The notes: generated by a model not told the origin, from the sequence alone. A stretch of 58,063 bases of DNA from a virus (IMGVR_UViG_3300013094_000055:1-58063), one strand, 5' to 3'; positions 46,351 through 56,195 are shown, numbered from the stretch's first letter. Translations and numbers: made by a program.

Positions 46351-47937
46351 TTATGCGTGGACTACGACTCGGATTTGGTTTGTTGTAGGAGCGGTTGCAA
46401 AAGCTACAGTAATTGTATTTGTAGTCGAATGCGTGATATCTGCTTCGTACTCAACATAGGTTGCTGTGTCGTAGATCGCTACTATAACGTCTTGTGTTCC
46501 GAGGTTGTGGGTTACTGTAAATGATGTTGCTGAGTTATTACCGATTGTTGTTGCGTACTTGCGAACAACTAGCGTGGTATCGATAGCAACGTTGTTAGTG
46601 TTAACAACGATACCTGTACCGGCGCCAACGTAGAGGCCTGTTGAGTCTGTAACCAAACCTGATGTTGTAGCGAGCTTAATTAAGATACCTGAAGAGCTGG
46701 TGGTTAAGCCGCCTGTGCTCGTAGGGTTGATGCTAAGACCAGAAGATGTAGTTGTAAGACCTGATGTTGAAGGTAGAAGAATCGAAGCGCCAGTTCCGCT
46801 TGCTTGCAAACCACCTGTTGAGATTGGATTGAAGGCAATTGAAGCTCCGCTGATAGTGATGCCGTTACCGGCTGTGTACTCGCCAGCAGCTGAGAACTGT
46901 GTCCAGGTGGAAGCTCCGGCAGAGTATGCTGTGATAATCCAGCCCTGAGTTGCGTAGGTTCCCTCTTCTACAAATACGAATGTGCCTTCTTTAAGGCTTG
47001 TATCTTCAAGGTTTGTAGAGGCAACTAGAAGTTGAGTTGACGAGTTATATGTATAGATACCGTTTTGCGTGGCTGTTGCCTGGTTCTTTACAAGGATGCG
47101 GTCGCCGTTGTTAAGAGCAACTCCGCTAAGAGAAGTTAAAGTTGCAGAGAGCGTAAGAGAAGTACTTGTTGCTGTGCGTACAGATCCAAGAACATAAAGG
47201 CCCTCAGCAACTGAATCAACATATCCTTTTGTTGCAGCATCTGTTGCAGATGTTGGTGTTCCAAGATTTGTGATCTTATAGGTGTTGAGAGAAACGTTGG
47301 CAACAGGGGCGCCAAATGTATCAAGAGTAAAGTCAGCTGGAGTAAATCCGTGAGAGTGGTCAGATGCGCTTGCTGTAGAAGCAGAGCCTGCTGCACCTGT
47401 TGTAGAGGTGATTGCTGTAGGTGTTAAAGCACCAAGTGAAGGTGTTCCGTGTGAGTGGTCAGAACGAGCAACTGTTGAGGCAGAACCTGAGGTCGATGTT
47501 TGACCATAAGAGGTTCCGGTTACTACTGTTCCAAAGCCAGGACCTGCGTGGGTGTGATCTGCGCGAGCAAAGTTAGTCGATGTTCCATCAGCGCTTGAAG
47601 CTGTAATAGAGATAGAGGTTGATTGACCTGAACCGAAGTTGTCAACCTGCTGCCAAGTAGAACCGTTGGAGTAGTAGATTAAGAAGTTGTCGGTTGCATA
47701 ATAAAATGTTCCAGCAGCAACTGCGTTAGCTAGTGGGCGGGAAGATAGTGTTCCTGCACTGATTCCACCAGCAAGTGCCCATGCTGTGCCGTTATATATG
47801 TATAGGCCGTTGAGCGAAGTGTCGTAGTAAATCTGACCTACGACAGGAGAAGAAGGAGCCGTCGCAAGGTTCTGAATACGAGCATTTTGAAGCTCAAGCT
47901 TATTCAGATTGATAGGGGTTAAGAAACTACGTGCCAT
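46351..47937 (-). CDS. Long fibre/whisker protein
   Basis: Three DHxH motifs, DAATKGYVD, GDRILVKNQ, GL-type spiral repeats, C-terminal THNLG domain. Confidence 0.8.
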   Translation of the reverse strand: MARSFLTPINLNKLELQNARIQNLATAPSSPVVGQIYYDTSLNGLYIYNGTAWALAGGISAGTLSSRPLANAVAAGTFYYATDNFLIYYSNGSTWQQVDNFGSGQSTSISITASSADGTSTNFARADHTHAGPGFGTVVTGTSYGQTSTSGSASTVARSDHSHGTPSLGALTPTAITSTTGAAGSASTASASDHSHGFTPADFTLDTFGAPVANVSLNTYKITNLGTPTSATDAATKGYVDSVAEGLYVLGSVRTATSTSLTLSATLTSLSGVALNNGDRILVKNQATATQNGIYTYNSSTQLLVASTNLEDTSLKEGTFVFVEEGTYATQGWIITAYSAGASTWTQFSAAGEYTAGNGITISGASIAFNPISTGGLQASGTGASILLPSTSGLTTTSSGLSINPTSTGGLTTSSSGILIKLATTSGLVTDSTGLYVGAGTGIVVNTNNVAIDTTLVVRKYATTIGNNSATSFTVTHNLGTQDVIVAIYDTATYVEYEADITHSTTNTITVAFATAPTTNQIRVVVHA

Positions 47938-47950
47938 TTACTATTTCTCC

Positions 47951-48253
47951 TTACGAGAGGTATGCGTTTCCACTAAAAGCTGAGTTAAATGTGACCGTAA
48001 GGTGCCGCGAATCAGTATACGAAATTTCTCCTTCTACAATGTTACCAGCAGAATCTTGAACTGTAACGTTAGGGTAGAAGTCTAAATTATGATTTATTAC
48101 CCAGCTGGATGCTGGGGTATTTTGTACGAAATGGTAGGCCACTAAAGGAGCGTTAAGAGCACCAGCATAGATGTTAGTTACATTTGCAGGAGCGGGCGTT
48201 GTTGGTGTTACTGTAACGACAACGGGTTGATCAGAAGGATATACGTAAGTCAT
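47951..48253 (-). CDS. Small virion protein with HNL domain
   Basis: WVINHNL..PNVTV.D, similar to the C-terminus of 46351-47937. Confidence 0.7.
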   Translation of the reverse strand: MTYVYPSDQPVVVTVTPTTPAPANVTNIYAGALNAPLVAYHFVQNTPASSWVINHNLDFYPNVTVQDSAGNIVEGEISYTDSRHLTVTFNSAFSGNAYLS

Positions 48254-49335
48254 TACCAGCTACCGTCCAATGCTCCTGATGAATCTGTAACTGATTGCTG
48301 AACAAAGACTTGACCGCGCAGGTAGGTTTGTGCGAAGCCTGGTTGAGACGGGTTGGTAGTAAGTAGGTCCCAGAACCCTCTAACAGGTAAGTATTGTGTG
48401 TCTGAAGGGTCTAAGGACAGTTGAATTATTCCGTTAGGCCCATCTACGATACTGATAGTAAACGTCGCGTACAAAGAGGGTGCGTTAGGGTAAGTTCTAA
48501 TTTGAGCCGTAAATTCAAGGTTTGAAACGTCAAATGGGAATGTAAATTCTTGAGACCAAGAGTTGCCCTGGTAAATAAGCAGGTCGTATACCCCAGCTGT
48601 TTCTGGAAGAGGTGAGCGGCCAGTAAGATCGTTTGTAATGTACACGCGCTCTGGAACTCGTGAGTCGTCGATCTCTTGACCCATGTAGATAGGTACATAA
48701 CGGTTTGTTGTACGAGAGGTTCTGATGAGAGTTCCCATCTCAATACGCCATAGTCCTACGTTGAGCTGTGAGCAGAGCATACGATACTGCTCCCAACGCT
48801 GCTGAATAATAGAAGTTAGCTGGCTATATCGTTGGGCACGCGGGATGTGCACTCCATCAGGGGCAGTGATATCAATATCAAATGCGGCGTCTGTGGCAAG
48901 TGCCCATAGGCCCTCAATAGTCGCAAGAATAGCTAGCGGGTACTCCTCAACAGGAGGGATCATTGCAAGAGTCACTACGCTGCCAAAAGCATCTGTTCTG
49001 TTATTCGTATGCTGAGCAACAGCGTCATTAACAAAATTTGTTATCTCTGAGTCAAGAAAGTATCTATCTTGCAGCCCTTGAATAGTTATTGCTGAGTTGG
49101 CTGCAGGAGCTGTAGCAAAGGTAACAATGCCTGTATCAGGCTCTAAAGAGTATCCAGATGGGTAAAGTACTGGAGATCCGTTAACTGTGATGTACAGATT
49201 GGTGAGCTCGATAGGTTTGATTCCTGTTGGAAATGCTTTAGTAACCCCATCGCCAGTAGCGGTGAAGGTAAAGTTCTTTTGCAGATCACCTAGCTCTAGA
49301 CGAACTCTAGAGAGTATGTCAGAAAGAACAGCCAC
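48253..49335 (-). CDS. Head-to-tail adaptor / neck protein
   Basis: RVRLELGD N-terminal helix; follows capsid genes; extra C-terminal beta domain. Confidence 0.7.
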   Translation of the reverse strand: MAVLSDILSRVRLELGDLQKNFTFTATGDGVTKAFPTGIKPIELTNLYITVNGSPVLYPSGYSLEPDTGIVTFATAPAANSAITIQGLQDRYFLDSEITNFVNDAVAQHTNNRTDAFGSVVTLAMIPPVEEYPLAILATIEGLWALATDAAFDIDITAPDGVHIPRAQRYSQLTSIIQQRWEQYRMLCSQLNVGLWRIEMGTLIRTSRTTNRYVPIYMGQEIDDSRVPERVYITNDLTGRSPLPETAGVYDLLIYQGNSWSQEFTFPFDVSNLEFTAQIRTYPNAPSLYATFTISIVDGPNGIIQLSLDPSDTQYLPVRGFWDLLTTNPSQPGFAQTYLRGQVFVQQSVTDSSGALDGSW

Positions 49336-49395
49336 AAAAACTCCCTACGTTACGGTATGTCTAATCATGTCAATAAAAATTAAAAAAGTCTGTAT

Positions 49396-49429
49396 AAACG
49401 AAGAAGGCGCCCTTAAAGGCGCCCACTTC
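49396..49429 (-). terminator. Intrinsic terminator
   Basis: GGGCGCC-TTTAAG-GGCGCCT then TCTTCGTTT. Confidence 0.65.
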
Positions 49430-49443
49430 TAAACAGGTTATTA

Positions 49444-49812
49444 TTAAATAACGCCTGCTAGGTAGCCTTTTTCCTTAAGGTGATTGGCTACATGCCGAGT
49501 AACGTTGTACTTCTGTCCAGCCTTAAAGCTGTAGTTGTTTCCGTGCCCTAGAGTCATGTTCTCAATATCTTGGACTACGCGGATTTCTACAGTCTCTTCA
49601 TCTGGATTAGCTACTGTAATAGCGTTATCAACAATTACTTCTTGACGTCCTGGCTTGGTAGCATCAATGACGTTTGATTCAAGATCAATCTTCGCCTGAG
49701 CTGTTGCCATAGACATCTTGTTCGCTGCGTCTTGTTGAGCTTCAAGAGCTTGCTCTTGTAGCTGTTCGCGCATGCGACCTGTTACATCAGTGGGTTTTGA
49801 CTTTGCTGCCAT
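49444..49812 (-). CDS. Hypothetical capsid-associated protein
   Basis: Follows MCP; AGGAG SD. Confidence 0.7.
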   Translation of the reverse strand: MAAKSKPTDVTGRMREQLQEQALEAQQDAANKMSMATAQAKIDLESNVIDATKPGRQEVIVDNAITVANPDEETVEIRVVQDIENMTLGHGNNYSFKAGQKYNVTRHVANHLKEKGYLAGVI

Positions 49813-49839
49813 TAGATTCTCCTATTTAATGTCTCGGTT

Positions 49840-49870
49840 AAAATAAGGCGGGGCCGAAGCCCCGCCCTTT
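49840..49870 (-). terminator. Intrinsic terminator after the major capsid gene
   Basis: GGGCGGGGC-TTCG-GCCCCGCCT then TATTTT (cUUCGg loop). Confidence 0.9.
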
Positions 49871-49883
49871 AAGCTGGGTGTTA

Positions 49884-50954
49884 TTAGTTGGTTTCTGCAA
49901 TAACAACAGACTGGTCTGTGATAAGGCCAAGTCCGAAGATTGAGTACCAAGCAAGCGCGTGCTCACGACCGAAGTCCAAGATACCGCCATCGCGGAGCTC
50001 GACTGGGAGTGAGATAGCGTGACCGAATGCGTTATCTCCAATGAAGATAGCTGAGTAGCGGTCAGATGAACCGTTACCGGTTAGTGTTGCAGGGGTTGTG
50101 TAACCTCCGCCAGGTACGACTGTTGGGTTAGCAACAGCAGTATCAGTTGTGTAACCAGCACCAGCACCACCAGGAACTTTGAGAACCTGTGTTGTCTCAA
50201 TGAAGACTGTGTCGTACAAACGACCGATCTCACCGAGCATGAAGTTTCCTGGAGCAGCGTACTTTGTAACTTCGATGAACTCAGGCATATCACGAAGACG
50301 ACGTGATTGGTGAGGGTGAACGAATGCTACGTATGTCTCGCCCAAGCGTGGGATGTTCTTGGTTGCCAATGTCTCGGCAGCATCCTTAATTGTACGAGGT
50401 GTGAGGTATGAGGCACCTGTAAGTGTTGCACGTGAGGTTGCTTCTGTACCGTATGCGTACCAGCTGTTAACAGCTGTTACGTTTGAGCGATCTTCACCGT
50501 AGATGGTTGAAGAAGCTGAGTAGAGTGTGTCGCGTGAGAGCTGATCAAGGTAGATAGCCATGTTACGACCAAGAAGACGTGAAGCCGAAGCCATTACGTC
50601 ATCAAATGAAGCGTTCAAAAGAAGCTCAGAAACAGCAAGAGCGTAACCATGCTCTGTTACTGTGATTGAGAACTGTTGAGCTGTAAGTGCGTTTGTCTGC
50701 ATACGAACACCTTCGACGAGCGGTGAAGCAAAGCCGAGGTTGTTGTAACGCATGAAGTTGATCTGAAGACCAGGAGCAACTCCTAGTTCAGTCTTCTTTA
50801 CTGCAAACTGTTCAAAACGAAGAATTGGCATTGCCTGGAACAAGATTTCCTTGGACCAAATCGTTTGAATGGCTTGAGTAAGTTGGGTGTTTGTACCCGA
50901 ATAGGCTGTTGGTGAGGCGGCGAGATTGCCGGTACCTGTGATACCTGATGCCAT
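49884..50954 (-). CDS. Major capsid protein (N4-gp56 family)
   Basis: LRFEQFA, PLVEGV, YVAFVHP, GEIGRL, DFGRE..LAWY. Confidence 0.92.
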   Translation of the reverse strand: MASGITGTGNLAASPTAYSGTNTQLTQAIQTIWSKEILFQAMPILRFEQFAVKKTELGVAPGLQINFMRYNNLGFASPLVEGVRMQTNALTAQQFSITVTEHGYALAVSELLLNASFDDVMASASRLLGRNMAIYLDQLSRDTLYSASSTIYGEDRSNVTAVNSWYAYGTEATSRATLTGASYLTPRTIKDAAETLATKNIPRLGETYVAFVHPHQSRRLRDMPEFIEVTKYAAPGNFMLGEIGRLYDTVFIETTQVLKVPGGAGAGYTTDTAVANPTVVPGGGYTTPATLTGNGSSDRYSAIFIGDNAFGHAISLPVELRDGGILDFGREHALAWYSIFGLGLITDQSVVIAETN

Positions 50955-50997
50955 TTAACTTGACTCCTTATAAGTAGTTTTTTTAGGGTTGGGGGGT

Positions 50998-51792
50998 TTA
51001 GCCGAGAAGCCCTGAAGACTTGCCGCGAGCACGATCACTCATCAGCTTGTCTCGATACTTTGCGTACTCGTTTACCGACATGGCCTGGATGTCCGCGGCC
51101 GTGAACTGACGTGATTCCATGTTGCTTTCCAAAGGTCCAGCTGTTGGTGCATTTGTGCTAGCACCGCGCATTTCCTTGCGTGCATTCTGCATAGCAGACT
51201 GCGCCGATTCAAGGATACGTTCTGAGCGGGCTTTCAATCCTTCTACACTTGCTTGAATCTCTTCACGGGTATTACCCTGAATAAGATCAAGAAGGTCTGG
51301 AATGATAGCTTCGCGTTCTTGCTCTACTAACTGCTGACGATAAGCCTGCAAATCTGCAAACGTACGTTCCTTCTCCAGAAGAGCGAAGGCGTGTTCGCGT
51401 TCCTGACGCTCACGCTCCAACTGCTCTTGCAATTCGCGAGTCTTTAGTTCGACTAGACCTTTTGCGTCTAGTTCCTCTTCCAACTTTGCGCGCTGTTTAG
51501 CCTCTTCATCAGCGGCTTCAGCGGCCTTGCGAGCTGCTTTTTCTTCTTTTTCCTTTGAGAGAAGCGCTACTTGTTCCTTCAATCGTTCGATCTCTGGGTA
51601 CAACTTGTCCTTCTCTTGAGAACGAACACGGGCTAGATCCTCATCAGTATAAAACTTTTGAGTCCTAGTCGTTTCAGTCTCTAGTCCAATTGTTGTAGCA
51701 GCAGGCGCGTCAACGCCCGACACATTTACGACTGGAGCGGTGTTGGCTTCAGCTTCAAAAGCATCTGCCATTTGTTGTGCAGTTTCTGACAT
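50998..51792 (-). CDS. Capsid scaffolding protein
   Basis: Acidic coiled coil upstream of MCP; ends in IQAMSVNEYAKYR. Confidence 0.85.
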   Translation of the reverse strand: MSETAQQMADAFEAEANTAPVVNVSGVDAPAATTIGLETETTRTQKFYTDEDLARVRSQEKDKLYPEIERLKEQVALLSKEKEEKAARKAAEAADEEAKQRAKLEEELDAKGLVELKTRELQEQLERERQEREHAFALLEKERTFADLQAYRQQLVEQEREAIIPDLLDLIQGNTREEIQASVEGLKARSERILESAQSAMQNARKEMRGASTNAPTAGPLESNMESRQFTAADIQAMSVNEYAKYRDKLMSDRARGKSSGLLG

Positions 51793-51900
51793 GCTTATAT
51801 CCTTTTATCCTAGGGGTCGTTTTCCGATGTGAGAGCTCATATGACCTAACGTGTACTTCTATTTTCTCGTTACGCTACGAAATTGTCAGTGCAAAGCACT

Positions 51901-53622
51901 TTATTTTTCGTAGTCTTCCGGCACCCTCCTCTGTGGGAGTTTTGTACCGTAAGCATTAGTTACCAGCTTCGTACGGAGGCCTTGCTCTCCGAGTTGAGCT
52001 GCGATTGTCGCATCGTCCATAACTATTGGAGACGATGGGGTATTAGGGATCTGTTCACCATTAGGGCCAGATGAAGTCATAGGTTGAGCAGATCCACCTT
52101 CACCGCCAGGTATAGCGCCAGTAATGGCTGCAATATCCTGATCGATCTGTGTTTGTATAAGCTTGAGTGCGCCATCAGCAATGGCATCGTCTTGAAGCTC
52201 TTGACGTATTTCTGTGAGCTTCTCTGCTGGGAATTCCTCACCAAGAGTACGAAGTGCGCCTTCCTTAGACTCAAGCCCAAGAGATAGCTTTGACTGGATC
52301 TCGTTGAGCGCGATCAGGCGGTCAAGAGGCAGAGGCTGTGGAAAGTGAATGTAAGACTGATAAGTGATTGGGTCATTAAAGTCTAGTTGTGCAAGCTGAC
52401 CTTCTTTAAGAGGTACGGTGCTTGCATTTGGATCCCAAGTGAACTTCTCTGGCTCTTTAAGGGCAAGGTTCAAAAGGATAAGCTCATTAACGCGTTGTAG
52501 CCCGTGCGCATATTGAATAATCTTCTGGTGGTAGCGGTTCATCAAAGGCTGGAACTGGATGCTAAGAGCTACGCCAGATGTGTTGGATACAGGTTGTGCC
52601 TGTCCTAGCGCGGTCTCAGGAACACCAACCATTTCGTGCATGGACTTCTTTAGAAGCGCCATGAACTCCATAGCACCCTTTAGGCCTTGTGCTCCACCTT
52701 CGAGGTTTTCCACTTTAGCATCTTTAGGCAAACCGCCCCATACTTTGTTTGCGCCTTTTTCGAGCTGAGACGCTTTGGCGCCAATGATGACTGTAACCGG
52801 AGCAGCATGGTAATTAACAATGTCGGCAATGTCAGTAGCAGTTTCGTTATAAGCCCGGTTAATGTTAATAATATCGTTGCAATCAGATAGACCCCAAGGA
52901 GAACCAGAGATACGCACGTTAGGTATATGTATAACAGGGATAACGCCAAGCGGATTAGGGCGCGAGTCAATAAGTTCGTCATTGATGTATTCCTCGATTA
53001 CGTCGTCTGTCAAGATTTCCGTATAAGTGAATACTTGACGTGTTCCTTCTAGTGATGTGCCCCAGAAACGGTACTTTAGCTTAAACCGAATTAGGCGCTC
53101 ACGATCGTGTGGGTGAAACTCTGGGAATGCAAAAGACGAGTTCAGGGGAAGAATACGAACTCGTCCTGGGTGTTCACGTCCAGCTGGGTCTCTATAAGGT
53201 TCTTCATAAGCAACCTTAATAAAGCAGTCTCCAGATACTGAGCCCTGTTGACCAATTTCCCAAAGTACTGTCGCTTTGTTGTTATCTACTTCCCAGACTC
53301 TTTCAAGAAGGTCAGGGACAATTGCTTCTGTTTCTTTAGGGCTACGGAAGTTAACACCCTTACCGAATGTGAAGTTAATGATGAAATCTGTAAAAGCGCG
53401 GTAATAGTTAAGTGCCATTTGGGTCTCGCCTGTTTGACGGCGATAAGACCAGTGGTGGCCCAGATACATAGCCCAGTTAAGGCTATAACGGTTTAGTCGT
53501 GGACCGTGTACTTCAAACTCTTCATCCGCTAGTTCTACTAATCCCAGCGGGGAGATGGAGATGGTTAGATCGGAAGACGCTGCACGATAACTCGGAGGCG
53601 AGAAATCAATAGAGCTCACCAA
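51901..53622 (-). CDS. Portal protein (SPP1 gp6-like)
   Basis: NPLGVIPVIHIPN, WGLSD, SGVAL; between terminase and scaffold. Confidence 0.9.
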   Translation of the reverse strand: MVSSIDFSPPSYRAASSDLTISISPLGLVELADEEFEVHGPRLNRYSLNWAMYLGHHWSYRRQTGETQMALNYYRAFTDFIINFTFGKGVNFRSPKETEAIVPDLLERVWEVDNNKATVLWEIGQQGSVSGDCFIKVAYEEPYRDPAGREHPGRVRILPLNSSFAFPEFHPHDRERLIRFKLKYRFWGTSLEGTRQVFTYTEILTDDVIEEYINDELIDSRPNPLGVIPVIHIPNVRISGSPWGLSDCNDIININRAYNETATDIADIVNYHAAPVTVIIGAKASQLEKGANKVWGGLPKDAKVENLEGGAQGLKGAMEFMALLKKSMHEMVGVPETALGQAQPVSNTSGVALSIQFQPLMNRYHQKIIQYAHGLQRVNELILLNLALKEPEKFTWDPNASTVPLKEGQLAQLDFNDPITYQSYIHFPQPLPLDRLIALNEIQSKLSLGLESKEGALRTLGEEFPAEKLTEIRQELQDDAIADGALKLIQTQIDQDIAAITGAIPGGEGGSAQPMTSSGPNGEQIPNTPSSPIVMDDATIAAQLGEQGLRTKLVTNAYGTKLPQRRVPEDYEK

Positions 53623-53688
53623 TCACCTCTTTCCCTGTAGTTGTATAAGGGTACTGCTAAATGTCGATAAATCTTTAAAGCGACACGC

Positions 53689-53997
53689 TTACTTGAAACG
53701 CTCACCTTTGATTAAGTTCTTGCCAACAGGCTTTGTTACTTTTTTCTTTTGCTGCTCTTCTTTTTTCTCTTGAGCTTCATGCACATAGTCTCTGAAACGA
53801 GGGTCTACTTCTTTTTTGGATTTAACAAACTGACCGCCCATTTGGACGTATCTAGCGTGAACCCAGTGCGCAGCAGCTGGAGATGGATAGGTACGGAACT
53901 TGGAGCGCGCTTGCGCAGTCAACATGTTCCAGAGCTTTGGGTTAGCAGGCTCCTGCGTAGGGGTCTCTTTAACCTCTTTACCTGAGATGAGTGCCAT
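53689..53997 (-). CDS. Basic hypothetical protein
   Basis: PANPKLW...YPSPAAAHWV...Y..MGG.F. Confidence 0.7.
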   Translation of the reverse strand: MALISGKEVKETPTQEPANPKLWNMLTAQARSKFRTYPSPAAAHWVHARYVQMGGQFVKSKKEVDPRFRDYVHEAQEKKEEQQKKKVTKPVGKNLIKGERFK

Positions 53998-54008
53998 AGT
54001 TAATCCCT

Positions 54009-54040
54009 AAAACCCCGCCAATCCCGAAGGACGGCGGGGA
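54009..54040 (-). terminator. Intrinsic terminator
   Basis: CCCCGCC-GTCC-TTCG-GGATT-GGCGGGG then TTTT. Confidence 0.85.
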
Positions 54041-54056
54041 GCTAGATTTAGGAAAC

Positions 54057-54455
54057 TTAGTCCTGGACTACAGCTGCGTTGTGTGGGAACTGATGGGAGC
54101 CATTGCGCATTACTTCTTCAATGCGGTTATCTCCGTGATCAGCAAAACCACCCGCTGCAAACTCAGAAAGATGTGATGGAGCTTCTACCCAAGCAGCAGA
54201 ACCAACGTGAGCACGCTCACGCATTGTCTCTTCTGGAAGCTTCTCAAATACGTTCTGGTTACGGTTTGGACGACCTGCTGCAGGCTCATAGCCCTGCATA
54301 GCGCCCTTTGAGAATTCGTTTGGAACGTCTGTGTCTGTTGCGATTCCCTCTTCAAAACGAAGAGGTCCGCGTTGTCCTGCAGAAGCTGGGGAAACTTTAC
54401 GGTCGTAAACGTTACCTGGACGCTCTGGGAACTTTGGATCTGGTGCAATTGCCAT
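54057..54455 (-). CDS. Hypothetical protein, probably structural
   Basis: Start moved to ATG 54455 (AGGAG); RGPLRFEEGIATDTDVP; has its own promoter and terminator. Confidence 0.7.
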   Translation of the reverse strand: MAIAPDPKFPERPGNVYDRKVSPASAGQRGPLRFEEGIATDTDVPNEFSKGAMQGYEPAAGRPNRNQNVFEKLPEETMRERAHVGSAAWVEAPSHLSEFAAGGFADHGDNRIEEVMRNGSHQFPHNAAVVQD

Positions 54456-54531
54456 TGTATAACTCCTTATAGGTTTGAGGTACCTCATAGAAAAGTGTGC
54501 TACATAAATGCCGTACAGTCAGCGTAAAGTC

Positions 54532-56109
54532 TTAACGGAAAAACGGAGAGCTGCTAACTTCTACAGATGGCATCGTTAAATCCATGGTTAGTGACACAGC
54601 AATAGCTAGGCTGTCTGCAAAGTCATCATGCGCATGAGCTTCGTCTGGAGCTTTAGCTAAGAAGTTAGGGCCAGTAAACTTGGTTTCTAGGTCAGTCATC
54701 TGCTGGTAAAAGCGCTTCCACGTACGAAGACGGCGGGTTTTAGCGTGGGCTGGCCATCCGATCATACGGCGGTCAATTAGGGCTTTTAGGTGCTTCCAAC
54801 GCTTAGACTGCTCAGGTTGGCTACTGCCTAGAGAGTGAACCTCTGACTTTGGTAGAAGGAGCTTTAACCGCTGAGCTACTGCATCACCAACACCATTTGC
54901 GTCAACTCCAACAGCGATAACGTCGTAACTCTGTAAGAAGGTTACGATCTGGAAGTATTGATCTTCCCAGTCATCTCCTTGGATCTCAAGCCAGTTAAGG
55001 ATGCGGTGGTCGTAATAACCAAATTCATCTGGACGATCCCAGTCAACCCAGACCACAGTTACTACGGTTGAGTCAAGTTTACGAGCTGGGTCAATGCCAA
55101 CTACAACTGGAGAGCGGTGCCAAGCTTTTACAATCTCCTGAGAGGTATCGCCCAGCTCATCCATAAGAGTTGATGTAACGAACATACCGCGTTCAAGAAG
55201 CCACTTGCAGTTGTAAGACATCTGGAATTCATCTGAGTCCTCGCCTACACGAAGCATCTCTTTCTTGATGAACTTTCCGTAGTTTTCGTTGTACTTTGCT
55301 ACGTCTCGGTAGTCCCATTGGAAGTGGTTCTGTCGGCTAGTTCTAGCTGTTTGACGCCGCTCATTTAACTTAATTGAACGGTAAAAGTTATTCTTGTGTG
55401 TTGTCGGCGTACCTGTCTTAACCATAGTACCTGAGTAGTAAGCTAACATAGGTGAGATAGATTTAGATACTACAAAGTCATCCGCCTCTTGACACTCGTC
55501 AATAACGATTAGATGGAACGACTTAGATTCGATCTTAGCTCTTGGGTTAGCGGTCATCATCATGAGGCTACTGCCTGAGTTTTTAAGTTTGATCTGTCGT
55601 GTGACTCCCGGCACTTTTCCAAGGCTATCGTCGATCTCAGGGTCACCTAGGATCTCTTGAGCTTTTTCAGAGGTTAGGCGGTTAATTGTTCTACCAAATA
55701 GAGTTTCAACCTGGCCCTCAACTGGAGCAAACATGCCGATCCAAATGCCGTCTTTAAATTGCCCTAGAAGGTCCGGATACATCTTTGCTAGGCGAGGAAG
55801 TAAAACCATCAAAGTAGCTACTGTGTTGGCAATTGTCTCTGACTTACCTGACTGACGAGCCGCGAGAGCGGTAATTTCTTCACCGTCATTAATGATTACA
55901 GACTCGATGATGCGTCTAGCTAGAGGCATTTGATAGGGGTGAAGCTCGTGTCCAACCAGCGCTGTCTGGAATTGGATACAGCGATCTACAAGCTTTTTGA
56001 CAAACTCTTTAGAGAGTTCATCCAGTTCTTCGACCTCTTCTTCTGGAGCAAGGTCTTCAGATTCTTCCGGATAGAACTCGTCGTCTTCTTCGTCTAATAA
56101 TTGATCCAT
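54532..56109 (-). CDS. terL: Terminase large subunit
   Basis: ARQSGKS Walker A, IVIDECQ Walker B, TGTP, VGIDPA, VDANGVG, HDDFADS. Confidence 0.95.
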   Translation of the reverse strand: MDQLLDEEDDEFYPEESEDLAPEEEVEELDELSKEFVKKLVDRCIQFQTALVGHELHPYQMPLARRIIESVIINDGEEITALAARQSGKSETIANTVATLMVLLPRLAKMYPDLLGQFKDGIWIGMFAPVEGQVETLFGRTINRLTSEKAQEILGDPEIDDSLGKVPGVTRQIKLKNSGSSLMMMTANPRAKIESKSFHLIVIDECQEADDFVVSKSISPMLAYYSGTMVKTGTPTTHKNNFYRSIKLNERRQTARTSRQNHFQWDYRDVAKYNENYGKFIKKEMLRVGEDSDEFQMSYNCKWLLERGMFVTSTLMDELGDTSQEIVKAWHRSPVVVGIDPARKLDSTVVTVVWVDWDRPDEFGYYDHRILNWLEIQGDDWEDQYFQIVTFLQSYDVIAVGVDANGVGDAVAQRLKLLLPKSEVHSLGSSQPEQSKRWKHLKALIDRRMIGWPAHAKTRRLRTWKRFYQQMTDLETKFTGPNFLAKAPDEAHAHDDFADSLAIAVSLTMDLTMPSVEVSSSPFFR

Positions 56110-56130
56110 ATACGCCTATTTTAGATTGAA

Positions 56131-56160
56131 ACAAAAAGTCTGGGTTATTAAACCCAGACC
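56131..56160 (-). terminator. Intrinsic terminator
   Basis: GTCTGGGTT-TAAT-AACCCAGAC then TTTTTGT. Confidence 0.9.
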
Positions 56161-56195
56161 CTTTGCTGCCGCCACGGGGGAGAGGAAGAGAGGCA
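56131..56195 (-). ncRNA. Candidate small RNA with CU-rich loop
   Basis: TACACT -10 at 56205-56200, non-coding CU tract, then a terminator. Confidence 0.45.

Noticed and set aside
49345-49373. Perfect TTGACA as the -35 of the adaptor gene promoter
   Set aside because: No acceptable -10 at 16-18 nt spacing.
1219-54301. Plus-strand and nested alternative-frame ORFs in the track
   Set aside because: They shadow well-supported minus-strand genes and show no recognisable motifs.
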